DNA of 64,000 nt, from the NCBI GenBank assembly GCA_965205975.1, contig OZ242195.1:1952001-2016000 (forward strand), given 5' to 3'. Source of the stretch: Candidatus Latescibacterota bacterium. GTDB lineage: Bacteria; Latescibacterota; UBA2968. Each line of letters starts with the position of its first letter. Within the stretch, counting starts at the first letter, position 1. Both the position numbers and the translations under genes were made by a program. The notes below the pieces were generated by a model. It was given only the letters and a program-made list of their open reading frames with translations. It ran no database searches and was not told the origin of the DNA. Shown piece after piece: positions 9,432-18,863 of the stretch.

Positions 9432-11807
9432 CTATCTCAAAATGTAAAACGTCCCCGTCACCGTTTGCCCCATACTTTCGGGCGTCAGCGATTCAACGAC
9501 GTAAAAATAAATTCCGCTGGCCACATCCGGTGCAGTCACATTGCGTTCAATTTGAAACCACGATGCCTCGCCTGAACTGGCATCGTCGTGCAGGATTTCA
9601 CCCACAATATCGCCCGCCACATTGAAGATCAACACGCGGCTTTTGGGGGGCAATCCCAGAAAGCGGATCTTTTTTGAACTCTGATAATTATAAGCCGATT
9701 CCGACAAACTGAACGGATTGGGCACCACGCGCACGCGCTTCTCCGGCCAGGACGGTGCCAGCCCCGGCTGAAACGGACTGAGATCCAGATTCACGCGCTG
9801 CTCGGGGGCAGAATATCCACCTTCGAGTCCAGACTGTAAATGCCCCTGTACTTCTGCGGGCAAATCCCCCATGCTCGACATGCCATTGCTCCATGAACTG
9901 CGCGGTTTGGCAAAAGCCCGCACATTGTAAAAGTATCGGAAACCGGCAACTGCTGTATTATCGCGCCACACGTATTGACCGCCCGAATAGTCCCAGGTCG
10001 ATCCGGAGGTACCTGCAGTGACTGTACCGACGTGTTCCCAGGGACCAAATTCCTGATACGCGGATCGGAACACGCGATATCCCACCACATCGGCGTCGCC
10101 AAAATCGGGATGCACCGACGATTCGGCGGCGGCGTCCCAGGTCAATGTAATCTCTGCATCCTGATTCACCCCAGGCGAAAACTTCACATCGGGTGGATAA
10201 TCGGGCAGATCGTACATATTGTCGTACGCGAATTGTGCGGCCTTCAAATGCGCCACAAGAGCAGCTTCTCCCTTGCTCAACCGCGCCAATCGTTCTTCTA
10301 CGGGCAGTGGAATGTCTTTCATACAAAATGCCTGCACATCCACTGCATAAGCCGACTGACCTTCTCGGGATATCGCCTGCGCGCCTGTCCCGGCGACATA
10401 AGCCACCACGATCTTGGCCTTCTCGCCCACAGCCAGATTATACGGCCCAAAAGTGAGTGCATTGGCCATCGCATTGACAATGGTTGGATTGTCATCGGTT
10501 GTTCCCGAAAACGTTTCGTAAATGCCCTGCTCAGAATCGCTCTGCAAATTTGGCAAATCCGTGTTCAAACCCCAGAAATCGCGCGTTTCCCACCACTTTG
10601 ACGTCCTGGGTTGTTCACCTTGCGGATTGACGTATTTGCCCTGATCATTGACATTGAACACATGCGACGGTCCACTATCTCGATAAGCCAATGGTGCAAC
10701 GCCCACGTACTGCGGCGATCTCATTTGCCCGTCGAATACGCCCCCCGGCAACCTCTTCGCATTGCCGTGTACGCTTTCAATATAAACGGGCTGCCCAGTG
10801 TCCTCTTCCGCACGCTGGATACTGTCGCCATCCCATTGATAGTTCATCTTCAAATCGACGTACTCAGCAGGTCCGTCGTAATTTGGCGCACCCGTATAGC
10901 GATATTGATCGTCTTGCGGCTCAAAAGATCCGGGCATGCCAGATCCGATGCTATTCCAATTGCCCTCGCCCGACATGCTCACCGTAAAACCCTGAACAAA
11001 TGCAAAATACGCACCGGTCAGGTTGTGTCCAGCACCGCCGTTCACATCGGCCACACCATCACCATCGGAGTCACCCGTGTTCTCAAATTCCACTTCCAAA
11101 ATGAAGAAATCGTCAAACCCCTGATAACTCCAGGCCATGGCTTTGCGCGTGATGGTAACACCGTGCCTGGTCGTCCACCTGCTAAAAACGATATCTTCTG
11201 CGCGGTCGTCCTTATCGGCGTCCATGTACTGGCCCCACCGATGATTGAGGACCTCATAGGGCACGCCCGTTCTCGGCGCGTCGGTTTGCAATACAGCACC
11301 GGGATACCAGTTGGGCATAATTGCTCCCGCACCCAAGCCATGAGGCGGCACATCAACTTGATATCCCCAATTGGCTTCGGGACTGTTGGCGATATCGTAA
11401 TACATCGGCGCGATATCTGCCGAAGGCGTCCACGGTCCCGAATACGACACGCCGTATTCGCCGCCAACATTGGTCAACACCCATATACCTTCTCCCGCCG
11501 ACAAATTCTGTGCCTCATTTTTTTGCTCGGCCCAGCTAAAACCGTTCTTTTTGCCGAAATACTCAATGTAGTCCGCGCCAGCCATATTGAGCATAAGGCC
11601 ATTGCCCATGCCCGGATACGTCAAGCGCGGCGCGCCGCGAGAACTTCGGTCGTCCCAGACGCCGCCCTGAGTACCTTCATTGCGAAATCCGGTCCAAAGC
11701 TGCCCGCGGGTGAGTTGCCGCATATTCTGCGTGTCCAGGGAATAGACCTCAAACGCCCACCCCACAACCACTATCATCAGGACAGCAGCGAGAAATTTCC
11801 TGTTCAT
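9432..11807 (-). CDS. Secreted protein with FN3-like domain and T9SS-type-A-like C-terminal domain
   Basis: Start moved to MNRKFL (GGAGG RBS). Signal peptide; ITLTWD...GYRVFRS...YFYNVRAF (FN3); VRVVPNPF...IFNVAGD...ASGIYFYVVES...GTFYILR CTD. Confidence 0.8.
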   Translation of the reverse strand: MNRKFLAAVLMIVVVGWAFEVYSLDTQNMRQLTRGQLWTGFRNEGTQGGVWDDRSSRGAPRLTYPGMGNGLMLNMAGADYIEYFGKKNGFSWAEQKNEAQNLSAGEGIWVLTNVGGEYGVSYSGPWTPSADIAPMYYDIANSPEANWGYQVDVPPHGLGAGAIMPNWYPGAVLQTDAPRTGVPYEVLNHRWGQYMDADKDDRAEDIVFSRWTTRHGVTITRKAMAWSYQGFDDFFILEVEFENTGDSDGDGVADVNGGAGHNLTGAYFAFVQGFTVSMSGEGNWNSIGSGMPGSFEPQDDQYRYTGAPNYDGPAEYVDLKMNYQWDGDSIQRAEEDTGQPVYIESVHGNAKRLPGGVFDGQMRSPQYVGVAPLAYRDSGPSHVFNVNDQGKYVNPQGEQPRTSKWWETRDFWGLNTDLPNLQSDSEQGIYETFSGTTDDNPTIVNAMANALTFGPYNLAVGEKAKIVVAYVAGTGAQAISREGQSAYAVDVQAFCMKDIPLPVEERLARLSKGEAALVAHLKAAQFAYDNMYDLPDYPPDVKFSPGVNQDAEITLTWDAAAESSVHPDFGDADVVGYRVFRSAYQEFGPWEHVGTVTAGTSGSTWDYSGGQYVWRDNTAVAGFRYFYNVRAFAKPRSSWSNGMSSMGDLPAEVQGHLQSGLEGGYSAPEQRVNLDLSPFQPGLAPSWPEKRVRVVPNPFSLSESAYNYQSSKKIRFLGLPPKSRVLIFNVAGDIVGEILHDDASSGEASWFQIERNVTAPDVASGIYFYVVESLTPESMGQTVTGTFYILR

Positions 11808-11825
11808 ATCACTATCCTCCAATTT

Positions 11826-14800
11826 TCAAAACTGAATTTCCAGACCGATTTCCAATTCGCGCGGCTGGTACCTGTAGCGCGTGGCTTCGTTTGGATCACC
11901 ATAAAGCAAATACTCGGTATCATCTGGCGGGGGTAGCCGCAGCCCGTACTGTATATACGTGAAATCAGAATTTCGGCTCTCCGTACTCTTTTCATTGAAC
12001 AAATTGCTCACCTCCACAAATAACGTGGGGCGCAAATTGCCAATGGCTCGAAAATCTTTGGCTGCGTACAGATCCGTCTTCATCACCGGTGTTCCGGTGC
12101 GAAATTCGCGCGGGCCAACCGGGGGAACGTACTCAAACGGCGCGCCGCTGAAAATGCGGTAGATCATGCTCACGCGCAGACCGCCAAACGGATTTATCGC
12201 ACCCATTTTGGGACCATAAGCCATCGGCGTGGCATAATACAACTGAAGCGACAACTGATTCCTGCGTTGTCCACTGGTAGGCTCAGCAGAAAAAACCTGC
12301 CCATTTGAAGCTGTCCAGATACCGTTCTCATTGGTTTTAATAGGCGGCTGCCACGGACCAGCACCCGGTCCCTGTGCCCCGGCCTGCTCGGTCCACGACA
12401 CGATATTTGCCTCGGCTTTCGCGCTGATGTCAGCCACTTGCTCAGACGTAAGCGGCACGGGCCTTTCCGAACCATCGGATTGCACTTCCCAATCGGTCCA
12501 ATAATGTCCAGCACTAATAAAATCGGCATCGGGAAGTACATACCAGTTTGCCGAATGTTTGCCGTAGTGAATGCCGCCCGGATCGCGCACCCATTCGGCA
12601 TTGTAGGACAGATTGAACTGGAAATTATTGCTAAACGTCTTTTTTAGCGACAATTCGAGACCGCGCGCTGTTTGCCAATAGGTATTGCGTATGGCGTTAA
12701 CCTGTGAGGATTGACCAGTGAGGGGATCTACCCAATAAGAAATATTGTTGCTGGCGTACAACCCCTCGTCGCGCCGATAGTGCGCTGTAATACTGGCCGT
12801 ATAATCGGCCACAAAATTCCAATCCACCCCTATTTCCATACTCGTCGTACGCTGGGGTTTCATGCCATCGGATGGCTGCCGCGCTGTGGTATGTACTTCC
12901 ATAGCATTCCACTTTTCGGTCTCATCGATCATGCCATTCCCATTGAGATCGTTATCTGGCGCCTCGCTTGAAAACTGCCTGCGATGGGTTTCGAGAAGCA
13001 CGGGAAAGACATTCGACCGACCGATAAAATAGTGCGCCGCCAGGCGGTCTGTAATCGGATGTGACAGACCCACGCGCGGACTCAATGCCGTCATCGTTGG
13101 CGTCGAACTATCGAGATGATCCATTTCATACCGCGCCCGCGTAAACGTGCTGTACATCGGCGATTTGCCCAGTGCCTCTCCCATTGAGCCATTGCGCCCA
13201 AAATTGTAATAATCCCAGCGCAAACCCAGGTTGGCAACCAGACCCCCGTACTCGATCTTATCCTGCACATACAGATTCAGCGTCCACGGTTTCACATTTT
13301 TGCCCAACTCAAAACCATCGGCCACAAACTCGAGAAAGCGGCTCTTGGTATTGGCAAAATTTTCGTGCGTGCGGTGATACGCCCGCTGCGTGAGCACCAA
13401 TCCCGTCTGAATCAAGTGCGATCGATTGACCTGGCTCACAAAATCGTATTTAATGCCGTATTTTATATCTTCTTCTTCGGTGTATTGGCGCAACAGCGTG
13501 GGCAAATTGAAAAAACCCGCCTTATCTTTCCGCAAGGCTTCGGTAGCATCCGGCACATCGAACGTATCGCGATCGTACTTGTTATAGAAAAACTTCAGAT
13601 CGTAATACGTATTTTTGCCCAATGTATGCGTCAGCGTCAATATCTGAAGTTGCCGGGACAATGTATAAGTGCCCGAAGCTGAAAAATCTTCGGGAAAGAA
13701 AATATTTTGTGCATTATTGCGCGTCGATCCCTGAAACTGATCCGACCGTTGATACATCCCCAGTGCTTTAACCTTGATATCTGCACCGGGCCGATACGTC
13801 AATGTCGCCTGCATTCGCGGCGGATCGTCCGACACCTGTTCAGCCGCCGGAAACCTGGCTGGGCTGCGCGCATAACTCAAACTGGCAAAAAACGAAAAAT
13901 CGCGTGCGAGCGGTCCACCCAGTGTACCTTCCAGACGGTGTCCGATATTATCCGTATAATCAACGCGCTCGTGCGCCATGCGCTCGACATCATCAGACGT
14001 CCCCAGGGTGCGATCCGGTCCCGGATCCATATATGTTTCGTTCACCCAATCGGGATTGTCCCACTGCACATTGTCTTCAAATCCGGGGCTTTCATAAACA
14101 TCTCGACCCCAGTGTTTTTTCCCCGAAGGCGTGAACTTATACTCCACCCGTCCAGAGAAATCGCCCCGGCCCTCTCTTGTCACCAGACTCACAATGCCAG
14201 CACCCGCATTGCCAAATTCCGCATTCATACCCCCGGTCAGCACACTCAATTCCTGAATAGCCGTGGTATTCACGCCTGTGAGCAAGCTTCTATCGACCTC
14301 AATCCCATCGATATAATAGCCCACCTGCGTACCCGTTTGCGCCCGCGTCGTGCTTCCGCGAATGCGGTTGGTGCCATCCAGCGCCATCCCCGGTTGCAAC
14401 GCGATCAATTGCGATGTCGATCTCACCTGTGGCACAGCCTGAATATCTGCCGAAGAAACCACATATTTGCTCGTGGTTTTATCTGGCTCCACAGGCGGAC
14501 GCTCCGCAACAACAATTAGTTCAGCCAATTCCAGACTGGCCTCTTTCAGTGCAAAATTCACCGTAGATGTATAATCCACAATCACCTGCACGGCCTCTTT
14601 CTTTTCTGTGCCATAGCCTACCATCGTCGCCGTAAGGGTGTACATTCCGGGATCTACAGCCAGAATTAAATAGCGGCCCTCGGCATCGGTAGTAGCTCCT
14701 TTGCGGGTCCCTTCGAGCGCCACATTGGCCCCCGGCAAAGACTCACCCGTGGCGGCATCTGTGATGACACCCGTGATTTTACCCGCTGTTGTCGCCATGG

Positions 14801-14852
14801 CCGATGTACCCATCAGCAACAACAAAATAAATCCCAATATTAACCGCTTCAT
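11826..14852 (-). CDS. TonB-dependent receptor (carboxypeptidase-reg-like N-domain, plug, barrel)
   Basis: Start at MKRLIL. GKITGVITD..TGESLPGANV, IRGS, GGMNAEFGNA, YVQDKIEY, SPRVGLSHPI, C-terminal F. Confidence 0.93.
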   Translation of the reverse strand: MKRLILGFILLLLMGTSAMATTAGKITGVITDAATGESLPGANVALEGTRKGATTDAEGRYLILAVDPGMYTLTATMVGYGTEKKEAVQVIVDYTSTVNFALKEASLELAELIVVAERPPVEPDKTTSKYVVSSADIQAVPQVRSTSQLIALQPGMALDGTNRIRGSTTRAQTGTQVGYYIDGIEVDRSLLTGVNTTAIQELSVLTGGMNAEFGNAGAGIVSLVTREGRGDFSGRVEYKFTPSGKKHWGRDVYESPGFEDNVQWDNPDWVNETYMDPGPDRTLGTSDDVERMAHERVDYTDNIGHRLEGTLGGPLARDFSFFASLSYARSPARFPAAEQVSDDPPRMQATLTYRPGADIKVKALGMYQRSDQFQGSTRNNAQNIFFPEDFSASGTYTLSRQLQILTLTHTLGKNTYYDLKFFYNKYDRDTFDVPDATEALRKDKAGFFNLPTLLRQYTEEEDIKYGIKYDFVSQVNRSHLIQTGLVLTQRAYHRTHENFANTKSRFLEFVADGFELGKNVKPWTLNLYVQDKIEYGGLVANLGLRWDYYNFGRNGSMGEALGKSPMYSTFTRARYEMDHLDSSTPTMTALSPRVGLSHPITDRLAAHYFIGRSNVFPVLLETHRRQFSSEAPDNDLNGNGMIDETEKWNAMEVHTTARQPSDGMKPQRTTSMEIGVDWNFVADYTASITAHYRRDEGLYASNNISYWVDPLTGQSSQVNAIRNTYWQTARGLELSLKKTFSNNFQFNLSYNAEWVRDPGGIHYGKHSANWYVLPDADFISAGHYWTDWEVQSDGSERPVPLTSEQVADISAKAEANIVSWTEQAGAQGPGAGPWQPPIKTNENGIWTASNGQVFSAEPTSGQRRNQLSLQLYYATPMAYGPKMGAINPFGGLRVSMIYRIFSGAPFEYVPPVGPREFRTGTPVMKTDLYAAKDFRAIGNLRPTLFVEVSNLFNEKSTESRNSDFTYIQYGLRLPPPDDTEYLLYGDPNEATRYRYQPRELEIGLEIQF

Positions 14853-14872
14853 AACCCTCTCCTCTTTGAGAT

Positions 14873-15565
14873 CTACCAGTATAATTTGAACGCCGTCCTG
14901 AAATCGAACATTGCAATGGGAAATACCCCGGGCAGATTCCACGCCTCCATAGGACGCAAATCACCCAAAATCATGTGATAACGCCCGCGAATATCCAGCC
15001 CGAATCGCCCCTGCACCACCGTCATTCCCAACCCAAAATTCGCCCCCAGAGCCGTATGTTCATCCTCTCGATCATCCAGCATCAAATCCGCGTTCAAAGG
15101 CTCTTCTTTTTGCCCCGGATAAATCAGACCAGTGATCCGATCCTGATAATCGTAGAACCCAGCCCCAACAGCGATATAGGGCAAAAGCTGCAAATCGCTG
15201 CCGGACTTGCGGGTATTCAGATACGCCAGCGCATTGATCAAAAAGCTATTGAGGTTAAACCGAGAATTGGCATCTGGACTCAAATATTTTTGCTTGTCAA
15301 TGGGCCAGGTAAATGCCAGACCTTCGATCTTTCCGTCATCCATTGTCAGGTGATGGTATTCAAACTCCATCGTAGCGCGCGAACTGATCTGATAATCCAG
15401 CATCGCACCATATACCTGAGAAGCCGAATACCTATCGTGAAATCCCAGCACGGGCACGCTGCGGTTAAAAAACACGCCAGCGCCGTATCGAGCCTCCTGG
15501 GCAGAAACCGGCACCGCGATCAACAATGCCAGCAGCCATGCGTTCAACATCAAATATCTATTCAT
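14873..15565 (-). CDS. Small outer-membrane beta-barrel protein
   Basis: Start at MNRYL (AAGGAGG RBS). Signal peptide, PYIAVGAG strand, C-terminal aromatic W; paralog of 42713-43411. Confidence 0.75.
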   Translation of the reverse strand: MNRYLMLNAWLLALLIAVPVSAQEARYGAGVFFNRSVPVLGFHDRYSASQVYGAMLDYQISSRATMEFEYHHLTMDDGKIEGLAFTWPIDKQKYLSPDANSRFNLNSFLINALAYLNTRKSGSDLQLLPYIAVGAGFYDYQDRITGLIYPGQKEEPLNADLMLDDREDEHTALGANFGLGMTVVQGRFGLDIRGRYHMILGDLRPMEAWNLPGVFPIAMFDFRTAFKLYW

Positions 15566-15662
15566 AGATATGCCTCCTTTAACAGTCAACGGTTGTATAA
15601 CATTCCACACCTCATAGCATATTGCCTCCTTTCCAGGGAGCACAACGGGTTATTTCTTTCGC

Positions 15663-16433
15663 TCAAACCCCCAGCTTTTTGATAAACGCCAGATTCTTCG
15701 CGTGATCGGCATTTGGATCATCGCCCGAAGGTGTCTCCAGAACAATATACCCATCGTAACCGATCTCGCGCATCGCCGCATCTACCGAATCAAAATCCAC
15801 GCGCCCATCCCCCAACGCCTGTCGGTCCGTATCCTTGGCGTGAATCATCCCGACACCCTCACTTCCCAGCTTCAAAATTTCCTCAGCCGGATCCTGTCCT
15901 CGCGTCATCGTATTGCCCGTATCGTGATAGACCTTCACCGCACGAGAACCCACGCGGTCCAAAATCATCGCCAGTTGATCCGCGCTAAAGGTCGTCTCCA
16001 GATCTAAAATCACGCCGTGTTCTTCCGCAATATCGCCCAGTGCTTTGAACCCATCCACCAGTTGGTCCCACGTCGCATCCGGCCACGCATCCATATCTCT
16101 CGGAAACATCGGCACCAGAATATGCCGCGTATCAACTGCTGCACACGCCCCAATCACATGCGTTAAAATCTCAACGCCCTCGGCGCACTTTTCCGCTTCT
16201 GGCAATGCGGGATGAAATTGTGAAAATACCCCCGGCGACAGTGAAGAAATCTCAACACCTGCCGCATCTGCCAAACCCTTCAGCTTCTCTGCCCCACCAT
16301 CCTCCCACAAAATATTCTCCCCATAGTCTCGCCCAACACAAAATTCCACCCCATCAAATCCAATATCCTTCGCCACTGAAAATACCGCTTCCAGTGGTGC
16401 TTTTAACATATTATCTCGAATACCGTATTTCAC
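15663..16433 (-). CDS. Sugar-phosphate isomerase/epimerase (xylose-isomerase-like TIM barrel)
   Basis: GFDGVE, LE, DTGN, HAKD, GDGRVDF, GYDGYIVLE motifs. Confidence 0.9.
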   Translation of the reverse strand: MKYGIRDNMLKAPLEAVFSVAKDIGFDGVEFCVGRDYGENILWEDGGAEKLKGLADAAGVEISSLSPGVFSQFHPALPEAEKCAEGVEILTHVIGACAAVDTRHILVPMFPRDMDAWPDATWDQLVDGFKALGDIAEEHGVILDLETTFSADQLAMILDRVGSRAVKVYHDTGNTMTRGQDPAEEILKLGSEGVGMIHAKDTDRQALGDGRVDFDSVDAAMREIGYDGYIVLETPSGDDPNADHAKNLAFIKKLGV

Positions 16434-16478
16434 AATAGATCTCCTTTATCGTTTAGCGGAAGAACCCTTGAAACGCTG

Positions 16479-17594
16479 TCAACAGAAGATTTCGTCTCCA
16501 ATATCTAATTGCGGCAACACCGCACCCAACACCTTCGCAAAGGCTTGCCGCTCGGCGGATGGCCCCACGGTCACGCGAATGCAGCGGTCGAGCGGAGCCA
16601 CGCCCGGCATCCGCACGAAGACCCCGTGCTGCAAAAGCATCTGCATCAGCCGCCGCGCTCGCGCGCCACTACCCACGTCGAGGGCCACAAAATTAGTCGC
16701 CGAAGGCACCGTTTGCAACCCCAATTCCGCCGCCAGCACCGCGTATTCCCGTCGGCCTTCCTCTACTTGCCGCACCACCGAGCGCACGAACGCATCGTCG
16801 CCCAGCGAAGCAAGTGCCCCGGCCTGGGCGATGCGATTGACGCCAAAGTGATTGCGCACCTTGTCGAGCGCGGCCACCACATCGCGGTGTGCCAGCGCAT
16901 AGCCGACCCGGGCCCCAGCCATGCCGTGCGCCTTGGAAAACGTCCGCAACCGCACCACCTGTGCCCGTTCCACTTCCAGCGGCAACAGGGCATCCTCCGG
17001 CGCGAAGTCGATATACGCCTCGTCGAGCAGCAACACACAATCCGGCGGCAACCCCGCGATAAAATCCCGCAACTCGTCGGCTCGCTGATAGGTGCCCATG
17101 GGGTTGTCGGGATTGGCCACGTAGATCAGCCTGGGGCGCACTTGCCTCGCCTTGTCCAACAGGGCTGGCAAGTCCTCCCGATCCGCGCGATAGGGCACCT
17201 TGTGCAACACCGCCCCGTGCCCCTCGACGTGGTAGTTAAACGTGGGATAGGCCCCCAGCGACGTCACCACTGCGTCACCCGGCTCGGCAAAAAGGCGCAC
17301 CAAAAGCCCCAACAGTTCGTCAATCCCCGCACCCAGGACGACCTCTTCCCGCGCCACCCCGTGCCGCACCGCCAACGCCGAGCGCAGCTCGTATCCCTCT
17401 GGATCGTTGTACCAATGCACTTGCTCCACCGCCTCTACCATGGCCTGCCGCGCCCGCGGCGAGATACCAAAATTACTCTCGTTAGCCCCAACTCGCAGGG
17501 CGAGCGGCTGCCCTTGCTCCCGCTCCAATGCCTCGGGCGGCACAAAGGGAACGGTCGCTGGCAGGGCGCGGACGATGTGCGTAAACGGCAACAC
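16479..17594 (-). CDS. PLP-dependent class I/II aminotransferase (HisC-like)
   Basis: GANES, NPDNPMG, LDEAY, RTFSKAHGMAGARVGY (PLP lysine), IRVTVG. Confidence 0.92.
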   Translation of the reverse strand: MLPFTHIVRALPATVPFVPPEALEREQGQPLALRVGANESNFGISPRARQAMVEAVEQVHWYNDPEGYELRSALAVRHGVAREEVVLGAGIDELLGLLVRLFAEPGDAVVTSLGAYPTFNYHVEGHGAVLHKVPYRADREDLPALLDKARQVRPRLIYVANPDNPMGTYQRADELRDFIAGLPPDCVLLLDEAYIDFAPEDALLPLEVERAQVVRLRTFSKAHGMAGARVGYALAHRDVVAALDKVRNHFGVNRIAQAGALASLGDDAFVRSVVRQVEEGRREYAVLAAELGLQTVPSATNFVALDVGSGARARRLMQMLLQHGVFVRMPGVAPLDRCIRVTVGPSAERQAFAKVLGAVLPQLDIGDEIFC

Positions 17595-17597
17595 GGG

Positions 17598-18416
17598 TTA
17601 AGACCACACGTAGATTTCGTCGTCGTCTTCGGCATAGCCAATGAAGACGGCGAGCACCACCCGCGGATCGTCTCCCTGCACCGCAGGGACCTCGTGGATG
17701 CAGCGCGTATTGAAGAAATACAAATCGCCCGGGTCGAGCGCGACCTCGCAGTGCGCCACGCCATGCGCGGCCGCATATTCGTGAAAACGGCCCTCGGCGA
17801 TATACGGCTGTATCTCCTCGGTCCACAGACAGCGATGCAACACAGCCTGCACCCCAGGCCCTGCGGAATCCGCGTTCTGCACGCACAGCACACCCGCAAA
17901 TTGGTGGGTAAAGCGCGCCACCTCGTAGTTGAACCGCTTTTCGCGCAGAACGACGTGGTCGATGTGCGGACTATAGGCGTGGGTCTCGTAGTGGATGCGA
18001 AAGATGGCCGGGCCGTACAAGCGCCCGTCGCGCTCGCGCGCCGTCTTAACCTCCCTATTGGAAACCAACGCCTGCAAGTGCCGATAGAGCAGTTCCACCG
18101 GGTCGAGCAAACCCGCAAAAAGGGTAGCAAAAAGTGCGTGCGTCTCCTCCGCATCTGCCAAGAACGCCTCTTGGTCGCCGCCCAGGTTGCCGAGGCTGGT
18201 GCCAATGTCTATGCGCGTGCGCTCGTCGCCCGCAGCGCGCAGCAACCCGCGCTCGGCAAAGCGTTCCATCAGCCGCTGGCAATCGGCTGGCGTACAGACC
18301 TGGGGCAACAGAATCGCCGGTATCTCTGCCCGAGCCAAGGCGCCGAGCGGATCGGCGCACGCGTCCGGCCCCACGGGCCGCCAAGCGGCTCTTGTGTGAC
18401 CCTGTGGATACTTCAA
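17598..18416 (-). CDS. 2OG-Fe(II) oxygenase; true start uncertain
   Basis: HID (HxD), GDLYFFN..IHEV, PRVV. High GC; TTG start without a clear RBS. Confidence 0.75.
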   Translation of the reverse strand: MKYPQGHTRAAWRPVGPDACADPLGALARAEIPAILLPQVCTPADCQRLMERFAERGLLRAAGDERTRIDIGTSLGNLGGDQEAFLADAEETHALFATLFAGLLDPVELLYRHLQALVSNREVKTARERDGRLYGPAIFRIHYETHAYSPHIDHVVLREKRFNYEVARFTHQFAGVLCVQNADSAGPGVQAVLHRCLWTEEIQPYIAEGRFHEYAAAHGVAHCEVALDPGDLYFFNTRCIHEVPAVQGDDPRVVLAVFIGYAEDDDEIYVWS

Positions 18417-18520
18417 TGCGGATCCTTAGTATTGCTTGATAATACATGAAGGAGGTTAAATTTTTCAAATAATTTACAACATGATATCCAAGTCCGCCAG
18501 CGATTGTTTACTGTGGGATT

Positions 18521-18568
18521 TATGAGAAAGTGCCTTCTGATATCTCAGAAGCAATCGAACAGGCAGAA
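18521..18568 (+). pseudogene. Orphan fragment of the BrnA-like antitoxin 5' region
   Basis: tatgagaaagtgccttctgatatctcagaagcaatcgaacaggcagaa closely matches 23137-23184. Confidence 0.75.
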
Positions 18569-18579
18569 GTGGTTCTATT

Positions 18580-18694
18580 GTCCTGCCCCAAAACAGGTTG
18601 ACAGAACAATGATAATATGATTTTTTTTGTTATCACTAATCAAGCGAGAAGGGCAGTCCTGCCCCAAAACAAGTTGACTAAACAACGATAATAT
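18580..18694 (+). repeat. 39-bp imperfect direct repeat x2 (IS3-family-end-like) separated by 37 bp
   Basis: gtcctgccccaaaacaggttgacagaacaatgataatat (18580-18618) vs gtcctgccccaaaacaagttgactaaacaacgataatat (18656-18694), 35/39 identical. Confidence 0.75.
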
Positions 18695-18863
18695 CGTTAG
18701 TAAATACTAACCGTTTTGACCTTATGGTCTAGCGCAGCGATATGACGGCCTCCTGGCTTATTCGGCGCTACAGGCGCGAGTTTATCGAGTGTCATAACAA
18801 GACAGGGTGGTCGAGCTGACTTTGCCGCTGGTCACACATGCTAACTGAGAGGATGAGCGGTTC

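Noticed and set aside
10611..11936. 441-aa plus-strand ORF and similar long antisense ORFs (21466, 24603, 30218, 37266, 47363)
   Set aside because: Shadow frames of real genes; no RBS or domain signal.
16509..18449. 646-aa plus-strand ORF
   Set aside because: Antisense to two well-supported high-GC genes; no motifs.
18521..18694. Mini-CRISPR, or CreTA-like array with an antitoxin-matching spacer
   Set aside because: Only two imperfect repeats, no cas genes, and no repeat on the far side of the antitoxin fragment. IS-end or promoter duplication is simpler.
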